Assembly: GCA_964384035.1 (NCBI GenBank)
Contig: CAYLIB010000005.1
Location: 41,107 to 105,106 of the forward strand
From: an uncultured Candidatus Saccharibacteria bacterium
Lineage (GTDB): Bacteria; Patescibacteriota; Doudnabacteria; UBA920
Length of the DNA stretch: 64,000 nt
Reading direction: 5' to 3'
How positions within the stretch are numbered: the stretch's first letter is position 1; each line of letters begins with the position of its first letter. Below the pieces are notes generated by a model that was given only the letters and a program-made list of their open reading frames with translations, did not search any database and was not told the DNA's origin. A program made the position numbers and the translations under genes. Positions 18,551 through 27,214 of this stretch are shown one piece after another.

Positions 18551-19498
18551 ATGTCAAACAAGGTTATTTGTCCGGTTACGGACAGAGAGAAAGTGGCGGT
18601 GTACGCACCGCACACGACTGCTGCTTGTTTCCTTTACGCGAAGGACGAAGTTGGCGAAAACCCATGGCGGTATGAACATCTTGCGGATACCAGTTTTTTC
18701 ACGCGAGTTTTGCCATATGCGCTGGATGACCTGAATGCACTTCCTGAAATTAAGGGGATGTGCTCGCGGGACATTGATAAGATAAATAGAATGCTCGCCG
18801 CTGAGGGTTTCGATATTCGTTTGGGTCCGCCGGTGGATCCGGCAGATTTTGGTGTCGCTGCAGTGTGCAAAGCAGAGGTAGACTATAGTCAGAAGGGGAA
18901 GATTGAGTGGATGTCTGCTATGGAGGGTCGCTTTGTTGGTGTGAAGCAACCGAGCTCTGAAGTTTACTATCGTCGTATTCATGCTCTGCGTGAACCTGTA
19001 ATAGAGCTTAAGCTTCAGGATGAGAAAAAGAGGTTAGTGCTAACGAAGGCCGACACCTTGCTTGAATTGGCGGAAAATGACCTTCAGTTAGCAGCGCGTT
19101 GGATGCGTGAAGCTTCGGAGGATGGGACAAGCTTTGCTAATTCTTATGAAGGTGTGCATTTTCCGATGATAGATATGAACTACACGCGAGTGCTGTCTGA
19201 AATTATCGGTGCTTCTGTTTTGAACAAAGACGGATTGCCAGGGAGCATTAGTGAGGCCTTTCAGCAAGCGAAATTTCTTTTGGACGAAATTGGGTTCAAG
19301 GTGGAATTGGCATCTGCGATGGGTGTGACATTCGAAAGTGTTCGTCAGGAGCAGTGGTATAAGATTGATGAACCTTTCATTGCTCTTATTTACCAACCAG
19401 GGCTGAATGAGCCACTTTTTGCCGGGTACTTACCGCCGGTGGTTTGGAACCAACCGCTTCGTTCTAAAGAGCGGAATCATAAACCTATGTTTTATTAA
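18551..19498 (+). CDS. Hypothetical protein in a compositionally atypical (GC-rich) segment
   Basis: 316 aa, no TM and no motif recognised. Local GC is about 47 % against about 34 % in the flanks. RBS GGAGGA 5 nt before ATG 18551; the track used an upstream TTG. Confidence 0.5.
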   Translation: MSNKVICPVTDREKVAVYAPHTTAACFLYAKDEVGENPWRYEHLADTSFFTRVLPYALDDLNALPEIKGMCSRDIDKINRMLAAEGFDIRLGPPVDPADFGVAAVCKAEVDYSQKGKIEWMSAMEGRFVGVKQPSSEVYYRRIHALREPVIELKLQDEKKRLVLTKADTLLELAENDLQLAARWMREASEDGTSFANSYEGVHFPMIDMNYTRVLSEIIGASVLNKDGLPGSISEAFQQAKFLLDEIGFKVELASAMGVTFESVRQEQWYKIDEPFIALIYQPGLNEPLFAGYLPPVVWNQPLRSKERNHKPMFY

Positions 19499-19529
19499 AC
19501 ACTGAAATTAGTCAGTGTTCTTTTTTTAT
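19498..19529 (+). terminator. Rho-independent terminator
   Basis: ACACTGA-AATTAG-TCAGTGT then TCTTTTTTTA. Confidence 0.6.
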
Positions 19530-19545
19530 CGTATATAATTTAGTT

Positions 19546-20223
19546 ATGGCAAGTTTTAGAACACATATCTCATTTGGAATAGCAGGGGCGATTCTTGGAA
19601 TTATAGGAATGATGACTATTGGTTTCTCCGGAGGACCACAAATTTACATGGTTGCTTTTACGTTGTTTAGTTTAGGGTCTATTTTACCAGACATGGATAG
19701 TGATTCAAGTATACCTTTTCATGTTGCGTTTGGATCGCTGAGTATAGTTTCGGCTGTGTTAATGTTTTTTTATTCGGCTAGGCATTTTCCGGGAGATTGG
19801 GTGAATATTTTTGGTGCGACAGCCTTAGTTGTATTAGTTGTGTGGGGAGTGGTGGGTTATATTTTTAAAAAATTTACACACCATAGGGGAATAGTACATT
19901 CTATTCCTTCTGGTTTACTTTCGGGTTTAGTAGTATTTTTTGTAGCTTCTAGATATTTGGATAGTGACCAGGATGCATTTTTGTTAGGAGTTGCGATGAT
20001 GCTTGGATTCGTGCTTCATCTTGTAATAGATGAATTCTACGCTTTTATAAATCCTAAGGGAGATTTTTTAAATCCTAACCAGGCTTTTGGAAGCGCTTTA
20101 AAATTAAAGTCCCATAATCATTTTATTACGGTTGTTGTTTATAGTTTAATTGTGTTTTTGATGTCTGGAAATTATTCTCGATTGAGTAATTTAGCGAATA
20201 GTTTTATTGCTAATTTTAAATAA
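19546..20223 (+). CDS. Membrane-bound metal-dependent hydrolase (DUF457/YdjM-like)
   Basis: His-rich TM protein: MASFRTHISFG, HHRGIVHSIPSG, HLVIDEF. Confidence 0.45.
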   Translation: MASFRTHISFGIAGAILGIIGMMTIGFSGGPQIYMVAFTLFSLGSILPDMDSDSSIPFHVAFGSLSIVSAVLMFFYSARHFPGDWVNIFGATALVVLVVWGVVGYIFKKFTHHRGIVHSIPSGLLSGLVVFFVASRYLDSDQDAFLLGVAMMLGFVLHLVIDEFYAFINPKGDFLNPNQAFGSALKLKSHNHFITVVVYSLIVFLMSGNYSRLSNLANSFIANFK

Positions 20224-20225
20224 TT

Positions 20226-21167
20226 TTAAGTGTTACAAACACGGTTAAATTCATTTATATCTTGCTGACTTGGGATGGTGGGCGAGGTCGTATCTATAGA
20301 ACTTAATATAGAATCCCTCCCAGATACATGTTCCATACCTAGAGCGTGGCCAAGTTCATGAGTGAGTGTGGAAAGTAGATTTAACTTGTTTCCATAACTA
20401 TAAATTTTTATAGACTCAGGTTCGTTTTCGAAGGCACTAAAATATTCTCCTAAAATAAAGTTTTCCGGGAGTTTTTTTGTTAATGTGTTTATTTGGTCGT
20501 TTGTGGTGTTAAAGGAATTTGCCGCTTCGTCTAACTTTTTTCTACTTTCTTCTAAGAGATTATAGTTTTCTTCTGAGTTGTTATTTTGATAATTTGCTAA
20601 AGCCAGGTTGTAGTCATTTTTTAACAAATCGTAATAAGCATCTTGCTCAGCCAGGAGGGCTTTAAGTGAATTGGTGGTTTGAGTTATTTTCTGTCTTTCA
20701 TCGTACACGAAGTCTATGGTTAATACTGCTTTGGCTTCGTTGTATTCGAATAAATTTAAACCACTTTGCTTTTCCCAAATGCTTTCCGCTTCTTCTAGGA
20801 TGTTTTTGACTTCCCCAGTGGTTATGCCGAAATTTGGGTTAATGTAGGAAATTTTGTAGTAAATAGTATTACTGCATCTGTTTTTTGATTGTGTATGTGT
20901 ATTTTTTTGCGTGTTTACCCGATCCCTTAAAGTTGGGTTAAGTTTTGTAGTTGGGTTAGTGGTTTCGATTGAGAGTACATTTCCAGGTTGTTTTATAGGG
21001 GAAGTGGTTTTTGTTCTTTTGTTTTTGGTCTCGGCTGAGTAGTGGAATACTAATAGGACAGCGATGGTAAGACCAGCGAGGAATTTAAAAAACATAATTA
21101 AAAACTCACCCGGTTGTACCCGGGCATCTTCTTTATCTTGTTCGGTTTTTGCTGTATATTGGTCCAT
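20226..21167 (-). CDS. Membrane-anchored metzincin-type zinc metalloprotease
   Basis: HELGHALGMEH = HExxHxxGxxH extended zinc-binding motif; N-terminal TM anchor; Thr/Asn-rich linker. Confidence 0.6.
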   Translation of the reverse strand: MDQYTAKTEQDKEDARVQPGEFLIMFFKFLAGLTIAVLLVFHYSAETKNKRTKTTSPIKQPGNVLSIETTNPTTKLNPTLRDRVNTQKNTHTQSKNRCSNTIYYKISYINPNFGITTGEVKNILEEAESIWEKQSGLNLFEYNEAKAVLTIDFVYDERQKITQTTNSLKALLAEQDAYYDLLKNDYNLALANYQNNNSEENYNLLEESRKKLDEAANSFNTTNDQINTLTKKLPENFILGEYFSAFENEPESIKIYSYGNKLNLLSTLTHELGHALGMEHVSGRDSILSSIDTTSPTIPSQQDINEFNRVCNT

Positions 21168-21303
21168 AATCTGACCAAAGATACTAGCATTTTCATGGTT
21201 TTAGTCAATTAGTAGGTAAATTCTATACATTTGTTGTCAGAAATAATTAAAGAACCTATTTTTTTAATAGAAATGTTATAATAAGAGGGATAAACTATAT
21301 CAA

Positions 21304-22344
21304 ATGAAAGAAAAATTAGTAGAAATAATAAAATTAGCTGTTAGGGCGCCTTCTGGGGATAATAAACAGCCTTGGCGGTTTGAAATGGTAGGGGAGGATG
21401 CGGTTTTGGTGTATAACAAGCCCGAAGCAGATAAGAGTTTGTATAACTATGAACAGTATGCCTCGTACATTGCCATAGGGTGTTTACTTTTTAATATAGA
21501 GGTTATAGCAAAGCAGTTTAGTTTGGGTTTTAGCGAAGAATTGTTCCCAAGTCCGGATGATTCTAATTTGGTTGCTAGTTTGGTATTTATAGAAAACCAG
21601 AGTAATGAATCTAAATATTTTGAAAGTATAAAACTTAGGGCTACTAACAGGTTTCCCTTCTTGGATAAGTTATTGCCAGAGGATTTTAAGCACGAAATTT
21701 CTAGTATTTCTGGAGTAAAACTAATAGAGAATAAGGAGCAAATGCAGGAGTTTGGTAAGTTGGTTGCGGTGAATGAGATAGTACTCCTAGAAAATAAGAT
21801 AATGCATGATTCTTTTTTTGAGGATATGGTTTGGACTACGGAGGAAGAGAAAACCAGAAAAGAAGGTTTATCTTTTGATACTATGGCACTTAAAGGACCT
21901 GCTGCATTTATGTTTAAGAGGTTTCGTTCATGGGGTTTTTTAAACTTTATGAACAAATTTTCAATAGCAAAAAAGGTGGCAGAGGAGAATTCGAAATCTT
22001 GGGGTTCTGGATCTGGGGTATTTGCTGTTACTAGTGATTTGGATAGTTCTAAAGATGCGGTGAATTCGGGAAAGATATTTGAAGAGTGTTGGTTATTGGC
22101 AACTAAGTATGGATTGGCGTTTCAGCCGGTATCTGGAGTTATTTTTTTAGCTAGGAGAATTTTAAAAGGTGACAAAACGACTTTTAATGAAGAGCACCAA
22201 AAATTAATTTTAGATACTTATAGCAAACTTGGTGAAATTTTTAAGGTAAGACCGGAAGAGTTAAGGATGGTATTTAGGATTGGTTTTGGTCCTGATTTGC
22301 AGATAAAAACATCGAGAAAAGACCCTGAAATAAGTTATAAATAA
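21304..22344 (+). CDS. Two-domain nitroreductase-fold (Acg-like/FMN-dependent) protein
   Basis: LAVRAPSGDNKQPWRFEMV nitroreductase signature; 346 aa, about twice the single-domain size. Confidence 0.6.
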   Translation: MKEKLVEIIKLAVRAPSGDNKQPWRFEMVGEDAVLVYNKPEADKSLYNYEQYASYIAIGCLLFNIEVIAKQFSLGFSEELFPSPDDSNLVASLVFIENQSNESKYFESIKLRATNRFPFLDKLLPEDFKHEISSISGVKLIENKEQMQEFGKLVAVNEIVLLENKIMHDSFFEDMVWTTEEEKTRKEGLSFDTMALKGPAAFMFKRFRSWGFLNFMNKFSIAKKVAEENSKSWGSGSGVFAVTSDLDSSKDAVNSGKIFEECWLLATKYGLAFQPVSGVIFLARRILKGDKTTFNEEHQKLILDTYSKLGEIFKVRPEELRMVFRIGFGPDLQIKTSRKDPEISYK

Positions 22345-23870
22345 TGAAAACTGAAACAGTACAACAAAACTTTGTAAATTTTCAAAAACAAACTAACTGG
22401 GTAAAAGAGTACTCAGAATTTGATACAAAAAAATTTGAAAAGGAACTAAAAAATAAGAAACCCGAGTTTTGGGAAAAGGTTGCAGAGGAAAAAGCTTTAA
22501 AAGTATTTGAATATGCTAGTAAGACTGTTCCTGCTTATAAAGATTTTTTAAAAAAGAATAAAGTTAACCTTTCTAAAGTAAGATCTATTGAGGATTTTAA
22601 GCATGTCCCTACTATAAATAAGCAAAATTATATTGCGGAATATGAGCTTAAGGATAGAGTGTCTTCCAATTCAAAAGGTTTTGTGGTAGCGGCTAGTTCT
22701 GGAACCAGTGGTGAGCCAAAGTTTTGGCCTAGAGGTGGATACCAGGAGTTTGAAGCGGGGGTTATACATGAGCTTTTTTATAGAAGTGCATTTGGTATTG
22801 GAAGTAAAAAGACTCTAATTGTTATTGGTTTTCCTATGGGGGTATACGTTTCGGGAATGGCTACGGTGCTTCCTACCTGGTTAGTTAGCCAAAAACTAGA
22901 ATATAATTTGAGCATTGCGAGTGTTGGTAATAATAAGAATGAGTTATTGAGGGTTGTGTCTAACTTACATATGGATTTTGAGCAGGTTATTTTAGTTGGA
23001 CATCCTTTTTTCATAAAAGACTGTATAGAGACTGGAAAAAGTGAAGGAATAAAGTGGTCCAAGATGAATTTGGGTTTATTTTTTTGTAGTGAAGGATTTA
23101 CTGAAGGATGGAGAGATTATGTTGCTAGTGAAGCTGGGTTAGGGATTGGTACAGAAAGAATAATTAGTACTTATGGTTGTTCAGAAATGTTATTGATAGG
23201 TAATGAGACACCTCTAACGCTTAAATTAAGGAGATTTCTTACAAAGAATATTAAGGTAAATACAGAACTGTTCGGGGAAACATTAGTGCCAAGTCTTTTC
23301 CAATATAACCCTTTGTTTCGATACATAGAGCAAGTTCAAGGTAATTTAGTTTTTACTTCCGCGAGCGGAACACCTTTAGTAAGATTCGATTTGAAAGATG
23401 CCGGAAAGTTAATGCCTTTTAAAACTGTTCAGGAAAAAATGAGCATATTAGAAATGAAAGATTTACTAGAAACTAGTGCTAATTTGCCTTTAGTTGCTTT
23501 GAAGGGTAGAAGTGATCATACAATAATTTTTTATGCTGCGAATATATATCCTGAACATATTCATCAAGCTTTGAATCAAAAACCTTTTTTGAAGTTTCTC
23601 ACTGGAAAATTTACTTTAAAGAAACTATATAAAAAGAATATGGATGAATATTTGGAGGTTCATGTTGAGAGTAGACCGGGTATAAGTACACCAAAAAGGT
23701 TTGTAGATTCTTTAACTAAGACAATGGTAGCTACTCTAGGCTCGCTTAATATGGAGTATAGGTTTTTACAGAAACATCTAGATAAAGATATTGTTCCAAG
23801 AATTGTACTACATACATATCAGGATGAATCTTATTTTAAACCTGGATTAAAACCAAAGTATATAATATAA
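22344..23870 (+). CDS. PaaK/coenzyme-F390-synthetase-like adenylate-forming enzyme (ANL superfamily)
   Basis: AASSGTSGEPKFWPRG (P-loop-like SSGTTGKPK motif), STYGCSEML, C-terminal NIYPEHIHQAL. Start overlaps the upstream stop (TAATG). Confidence 0.6.
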   Translation: MKTETVQQNFVNFQKQTNWVKEYSEFDTKKFEKELKNKKPEFWEKVAEEKALKVFEYASKTVPAYKDFLKKNKVNLSKVRSIEDFKHVPTINKQNYIAEYELKDRVSSNSKGFVVAASSGTSGEPKFWPRGGYQEFEAGVIHELFYRSAFGIGSKKTLIVIGFPMGVYVSGMATVLPTWLVSQKLEYNLSIASVGNNKNELLRVVSNLHMDFEQVILVGHPFFIKDCIETGKSEGIKWSKMNLGLFFCSEGFTEGWRDYVASEAGLGIGTERIISTYGCSEMLLIGNETPLTLKLRRFLTKNIKVNTELFGETLVPSLFQYNPLFRYIEQVQGNLVFTSASGTPLVRFDLKDAGKLMPFKTVQEKMSILEMKDLLETSANLPLVALKGRSDHTIIFYAANIYPEHIHQALNQKPFLKFLTGKFTLKKLYKKNMDEYLEVHVESRPGISTPKRFVDSLTKTMVATLGSLNMEYRFLQKHLDKDIVPRIVLHTYQDESYFKPGLKPKYII

Positions 23871-23891
23871 AGACAGGCAAAAAACAAAAAA

Positions 23892-25568
23892 ATGAATTTG
23901 CTTCTTTCTCATGATTTAGAATTTTCAGTATTTATTATTGCAGTAATTGCTAATTTTAGCTTAGCTGTTGCTGTTCTTAGGTTTGCCGCTAAAGATAGGT
24001 CTAGGTATTTCTTCACTTATTTTGTTACTACGCAGTTATTCTGGATAATTGTGAATTTCTACTCATTTAGGGTTAATTTTGAGAGTTATCTATGGTGGTC
24101 GAGATTCATTTTATTCACTTCTCCTTTTCATGCATTTAGTTTTTTCTTATTTATTTCTACTTTTTTAGATCCGAAAAAAAAGTTAAATTCGAAATTATAC
24201 GTCCCACTAATCGTAAGTATGATTTTAGTGGCTCTTTTTACTATGACTCCGTATGTTTTGCAGACCATAACACAAGATTCGGCTGGGGCTAGGAATGCTG
24301 TGTTTGCTAAGACGGCGGGTATTTATTTGCTTTATATATTTATTTGTATTGGAGGGGGTTTTGTAGTTTTAATTAAGAGGTTTAGGAAGTCGGTGGGTGA
24401 ACAGCACAAGCAGTGGTTAAATTTACTAACGGGTTTAGCTCTCACGTTTTTTTTAGTTTTGGTTTTTAGTCTCTTTAACCCATTAATCTTTGGAAATATT
24501 GAAACCGTTAGATTCGGACATTTGTTTACTTTGCCGTTTGTGGTTTTTACTGCTTACGCAATGATAAAACATCATTTGTTGAACTTGAAAGCTGTTTTAG
24601 CAGAAATTTCAGTAATGTTGTTAAACCTTTTTTTGCTTATACGGTTTATTACTTCGGAAGATGCTAATCAGTTCTTTGTTAACGGGTTTGTGCTCGTTGG
24701 CTCTATAGTTGTAGGAGTATATTTGGTTAAAGGTGTTTATAGGGAAATACACCAAAGGGAACAACTTCAGGTTTTGAATGATGAACTAGATAAAGCAAAT
24801 GCTAAATTACAAGATTTGGACAAAGCTAGGGCAGAATTTATTTCTATTGCCTCTCATCAGCTTAGAACCCCGCCTGCAACAATTAAGTGGTATTTGTCTG
24901 CTATTAAAAGTGGGGATTACGGTGCTATGGATAGTGGGGTTAGGGATACTATTGTGAAGGCGGAAATCACCAATAATGCTCAAATTTCGCTTATAGACGA
25001 TCTTTTGAATGCTTCCAGGATAGAGAGAGGTAAAATGGAGTTTTTGTTTGAGGAGGGCGATTTAGTGGCTTTGACTCAGATGGCCTACGACCAGTTGGTG
25101 CCACAGGCTTCTATGAAGAAATTAACTCTCAGCTTTACCAAACCTACCAAACAATTACCGCTAGTGGTTATGGATAAAGAAAAGTTAAGGCAGGTTATAA
25201 ATAATTTTATAGATAACGCTATTAAATATACGAGAAGTGGGGGAGTAGCGGTATCCATAATAGATGACGCAAATAATATGGGGGTTAAAGTAACTGATAC
25301 CGGTAAAGGGTTTAGTCCAGAAGTGGGTCCTGTGTTGTTTGAAAAATATACCAGAGGAAAGGACTCGGTAATGCACTCACAAGGTTTAGGTTTGGGGCTT
25401 TATGTAGCCAAGGTGATTATAGAAAAGCATAATGGGAAGATTTGGGCAGAAAGTCCTGGTGAAGAGAAAGGGTCTTCCTTCTGCTTTACTGTTCCGATAC
25501 ACAACACAATTACTCCAAGTAGTACAAGTACGTTAGATCTTACCCAATCTCAAAGTGAGCATAAGTGA
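23892..25568 (+). CDS. Sensor histidine kinase with multi-TM N-terminal sensor domain (no adjacent response regulator)
   Basis: About 8 TM, coiled coil, H-box FISIASHQLRTP, N-box IDNAIKYT, G1 VTDTGKGF, G2 GLGLGLYVAKVII. Confidence 0.8.
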   Translation: MNLLLSHDLEFSVFIIAVIANFSLAVAVLRFAAKDRSRYFFTYFVTTQLFWIIVNFYSFRVNFESYLWWSRFILFTSPFHAFSFFLFISTFLDPKKKLNSKLYVPLIVSMILVALFTMTPYVLQTITQDSAGARNAVFAKTAGIYLLYIFICIGGGFVVLIKRFRKSVGEQHKQWLNLLTGLALTFFLVLVFSLFNPLIFGNIETVRFGHLFTLPFVVFTAYAMIKHHLLNLKAVLAEISVMLLNLFLLIRFITSEDANQFFVNGFVLVGSIVVGVYLVKGVYREIHQREQLQVLNDELDKANAKLQDLDKARAEFISIASHQLRTPPATIKWYLSAIKSGDYGAMDSGVRDTIVKAEITNNAQISLIDDLLNASRIERGKMEFLFEEGDLVALTQMAYDQLVPQASMKKLTLSFTKPTKQLPLVVMDKEKLRQVINNFIDNAIKYTRSGGVAVSIIDDANNMGVKVTDTGKGFSPEVGPVLFEKYTRGKDSVMHSQGLGLGLYVAKVIIEKHNGKIWAESPGEEKGSSFCFTVPIHNTITPSSTSTLDLTQSQSEHK

Positions 25569-25580
25569 TATAATTAACTT

Positions 25581-25865
25581 ATGAAGAAAATAGTAGAAAA
25601 TACTAAGGTTAAAGTTATAGAGACACAGAAGGAAGTGTATATGCAGACACTTACTTTGCTTGGTGGGGCGTTCGCTTTGGTGGCGGCTCTTGCTTGGAAT
25701 GAAGCTGTGAAAGCACTTATAGAAAAATTTTTTCCAGCGGGAAGCGATGTTTTTTCTAAGTTCTTATATGCAGTAGTTATAACGGTATTAGTTGTATTGG
25801 TTACTCGTTATATAAAGCAATTAGAATTAAAATATAAAGAAGTAGAAAAAACAGAAGTTAAATAA
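25581..25865 (+). CDS. Small membrane protein (DUF5654-like?)
   Basis: 94 aa; GGAFALVAALAWNEAVKALI motif plus a second TM; family assignment tentative. Confidence 0.35.
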   Translation: MKKIVENTKVKVIETQKEVYMQTLTLLGGAFALVAALAWNEAVKALIEKFFPAGSDVFSKFLYAVVITVLVVLVTRYIKQLELKYKEVEKTEVK

Positions 25866-25866
25866 T

Positions 25867-26307
25867 ATGAAAACTTTTTATAACGAAATTAAGCTAACTA
25901 CATCTAAACAGTTTGAAGTAGTAGATATAACAGAGAAAGTTCTGGAATTAGTAAGAGAGGCTAAAATAAGAGAAGGTGTTGTTACAATTCAATGTCCGCA
26001 CACTACAGCAAGTGTGCGCCTTAATAACTATGAAAGTTTGTTAACTCAGGATATGTTTAAGGCAATGTACAGGTTGGTTCCAGTAGATGTTAGTTATAGT
26101 CACGATTTATTTGAACTTAGGGCAAAAATAAGTGGTCAGGACAGAACCAATGGACATGCTCATATAAAAGCTTTTTTGATGGGAAGTTCAGAGAGTGTAA
26201 TAATAAAAGACGGAAAATTAATGTTGGGTGGTACTCAGAGCGTTCTGTTTATTGAATTTGATGGAGGGAGAAACAGGGCTGTGCAGGTGAGTATTATGGG
26301 AGAGTAA
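25867..26307 (+). CDS. YjbQ/UPF0047 family protein (secondary thiamine-phosphate synthase-like)
   Basis: QCPHTTASVRLNNYE...NGHAHIKAFLMGSSESV...LGGTQSVLFIEFDGGRNRAV. Confidence 0.7.
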   Translation: MKTFYNEIKLTTSKQFEVVDITEKVLELVREAKIREGVVTIQCPHTTASVRLNNYESLLTQDMFKAMYRLVPVDVSYSHDLFELRAKISGQDRTNGHAHIKAFLMGSSESVIIKDGKLMLGGTQSVLFIEFDGGRNRAVQVSIMGE

Positions 26308-26310
26308 CTA

Positions 26311-27207
26311 ATGCCAAGTACAGTAAAGAAATTAGTTTTAGCCAGTGTAATAGGATTTATTCTCGTAGTCACCTTAGGTGGCTACGCTTTGTTTAAGTAT
26401 GTGAAGAAGACCCCTAAAGTCGAGGTAAAACCTATCGAAGAGCAAAACATAACTCTTATAGAAGGTTGGACGCTTCATGACTATGCAGAAAAAATAGAGA
26501 AAGAAAAAATTTCGAATAAAAAAGATTTTTATTCAGCATTAACTAAAGTGGATCGTTCGAAGTATTCATTTTTGGTTTCAGTACCCAAAGAGTCAGATTT
26601 GGAAGGGTTTTTATTTCCTGATACCTATAGGATTATAAAAGGTGACGAGGTAACTTCGTTGATATCTAAAACTCTCGAGAATTTTGATAGAAAAACAAAG
26701 AAATTAAGGGTAAATGATGATGAAAGATTCATAATTTCGGGTTATGAGAGTTTAAGTATAGCTGGAAAAAAAGGTTTGTCCCTTTATGAAGTGGTTACAC
26801 TTGCTTCTATTTTAGAAAAAGAAACAGGGACAGACCTAAGTAAAAGAGGATCGGATCAGACTCAACGGCTTATAGACGAAAGAAAGATAGTTGCCGGTAT
26901 ATTTTTAAATAGACTTTTAATTGGACAAGCGCTTGAAAGTGATGCGACGATCAATTACATAACCGGGAAAGATTTGGCATCGCCTACAGCAAAGGATCTT
27001 GAGAGGAACTCAGCCTATAATACATATAAATTTCCAGGACTTCCTCCAGGGCCTATATGCAATCCTTCTGTAATGAGCATAGAAGCAGTAATAAATCCGA
27101 CAAAAACTAATTACTATTATTTTCTACATAAACAACCCTCAGGCGAAGTAGTCTATAGTAAGACTTTCGAAGAGCATGTAAATAACAAGTTTAAGTATCT
27201 GAAATAA
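26311..27207 (+). CDS. mltG: Endolytic murein transglycosylase MltG/YceG
   Basis: N-terminal TM; EGFLFPDTYRI; YNTYKFPGLPPGPICNPS (YceG signature). Confidence 0.75.
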   Translation: MPSTVKKLVLASVIGFILVVTLGGYALFKYVKKTPKVEVKPIEEQNITLIEGWTLHDYAEKIEKEKISNKKDFYSALTKVDRSKYSFLVSVPKESDLEGFLFPDTYRIIKGDEVTSLISKTLENFDRKTKKLRVNDDERFIISGYESLSIAGKKGLSLYEVVTLASILEKETGTDLSKRGSDQTQRLIDERKIVAGIFLNRLLIGQALESDATINYITGKDLASPTAKDLERNSAYNTYKFPGLPPGPICNPSVMSIEAVINPTKTNYYYFLHKQPSGEVVYSKTFEEHVNNKFKYLK

Positions 27208-27214
27208 AAATAAA

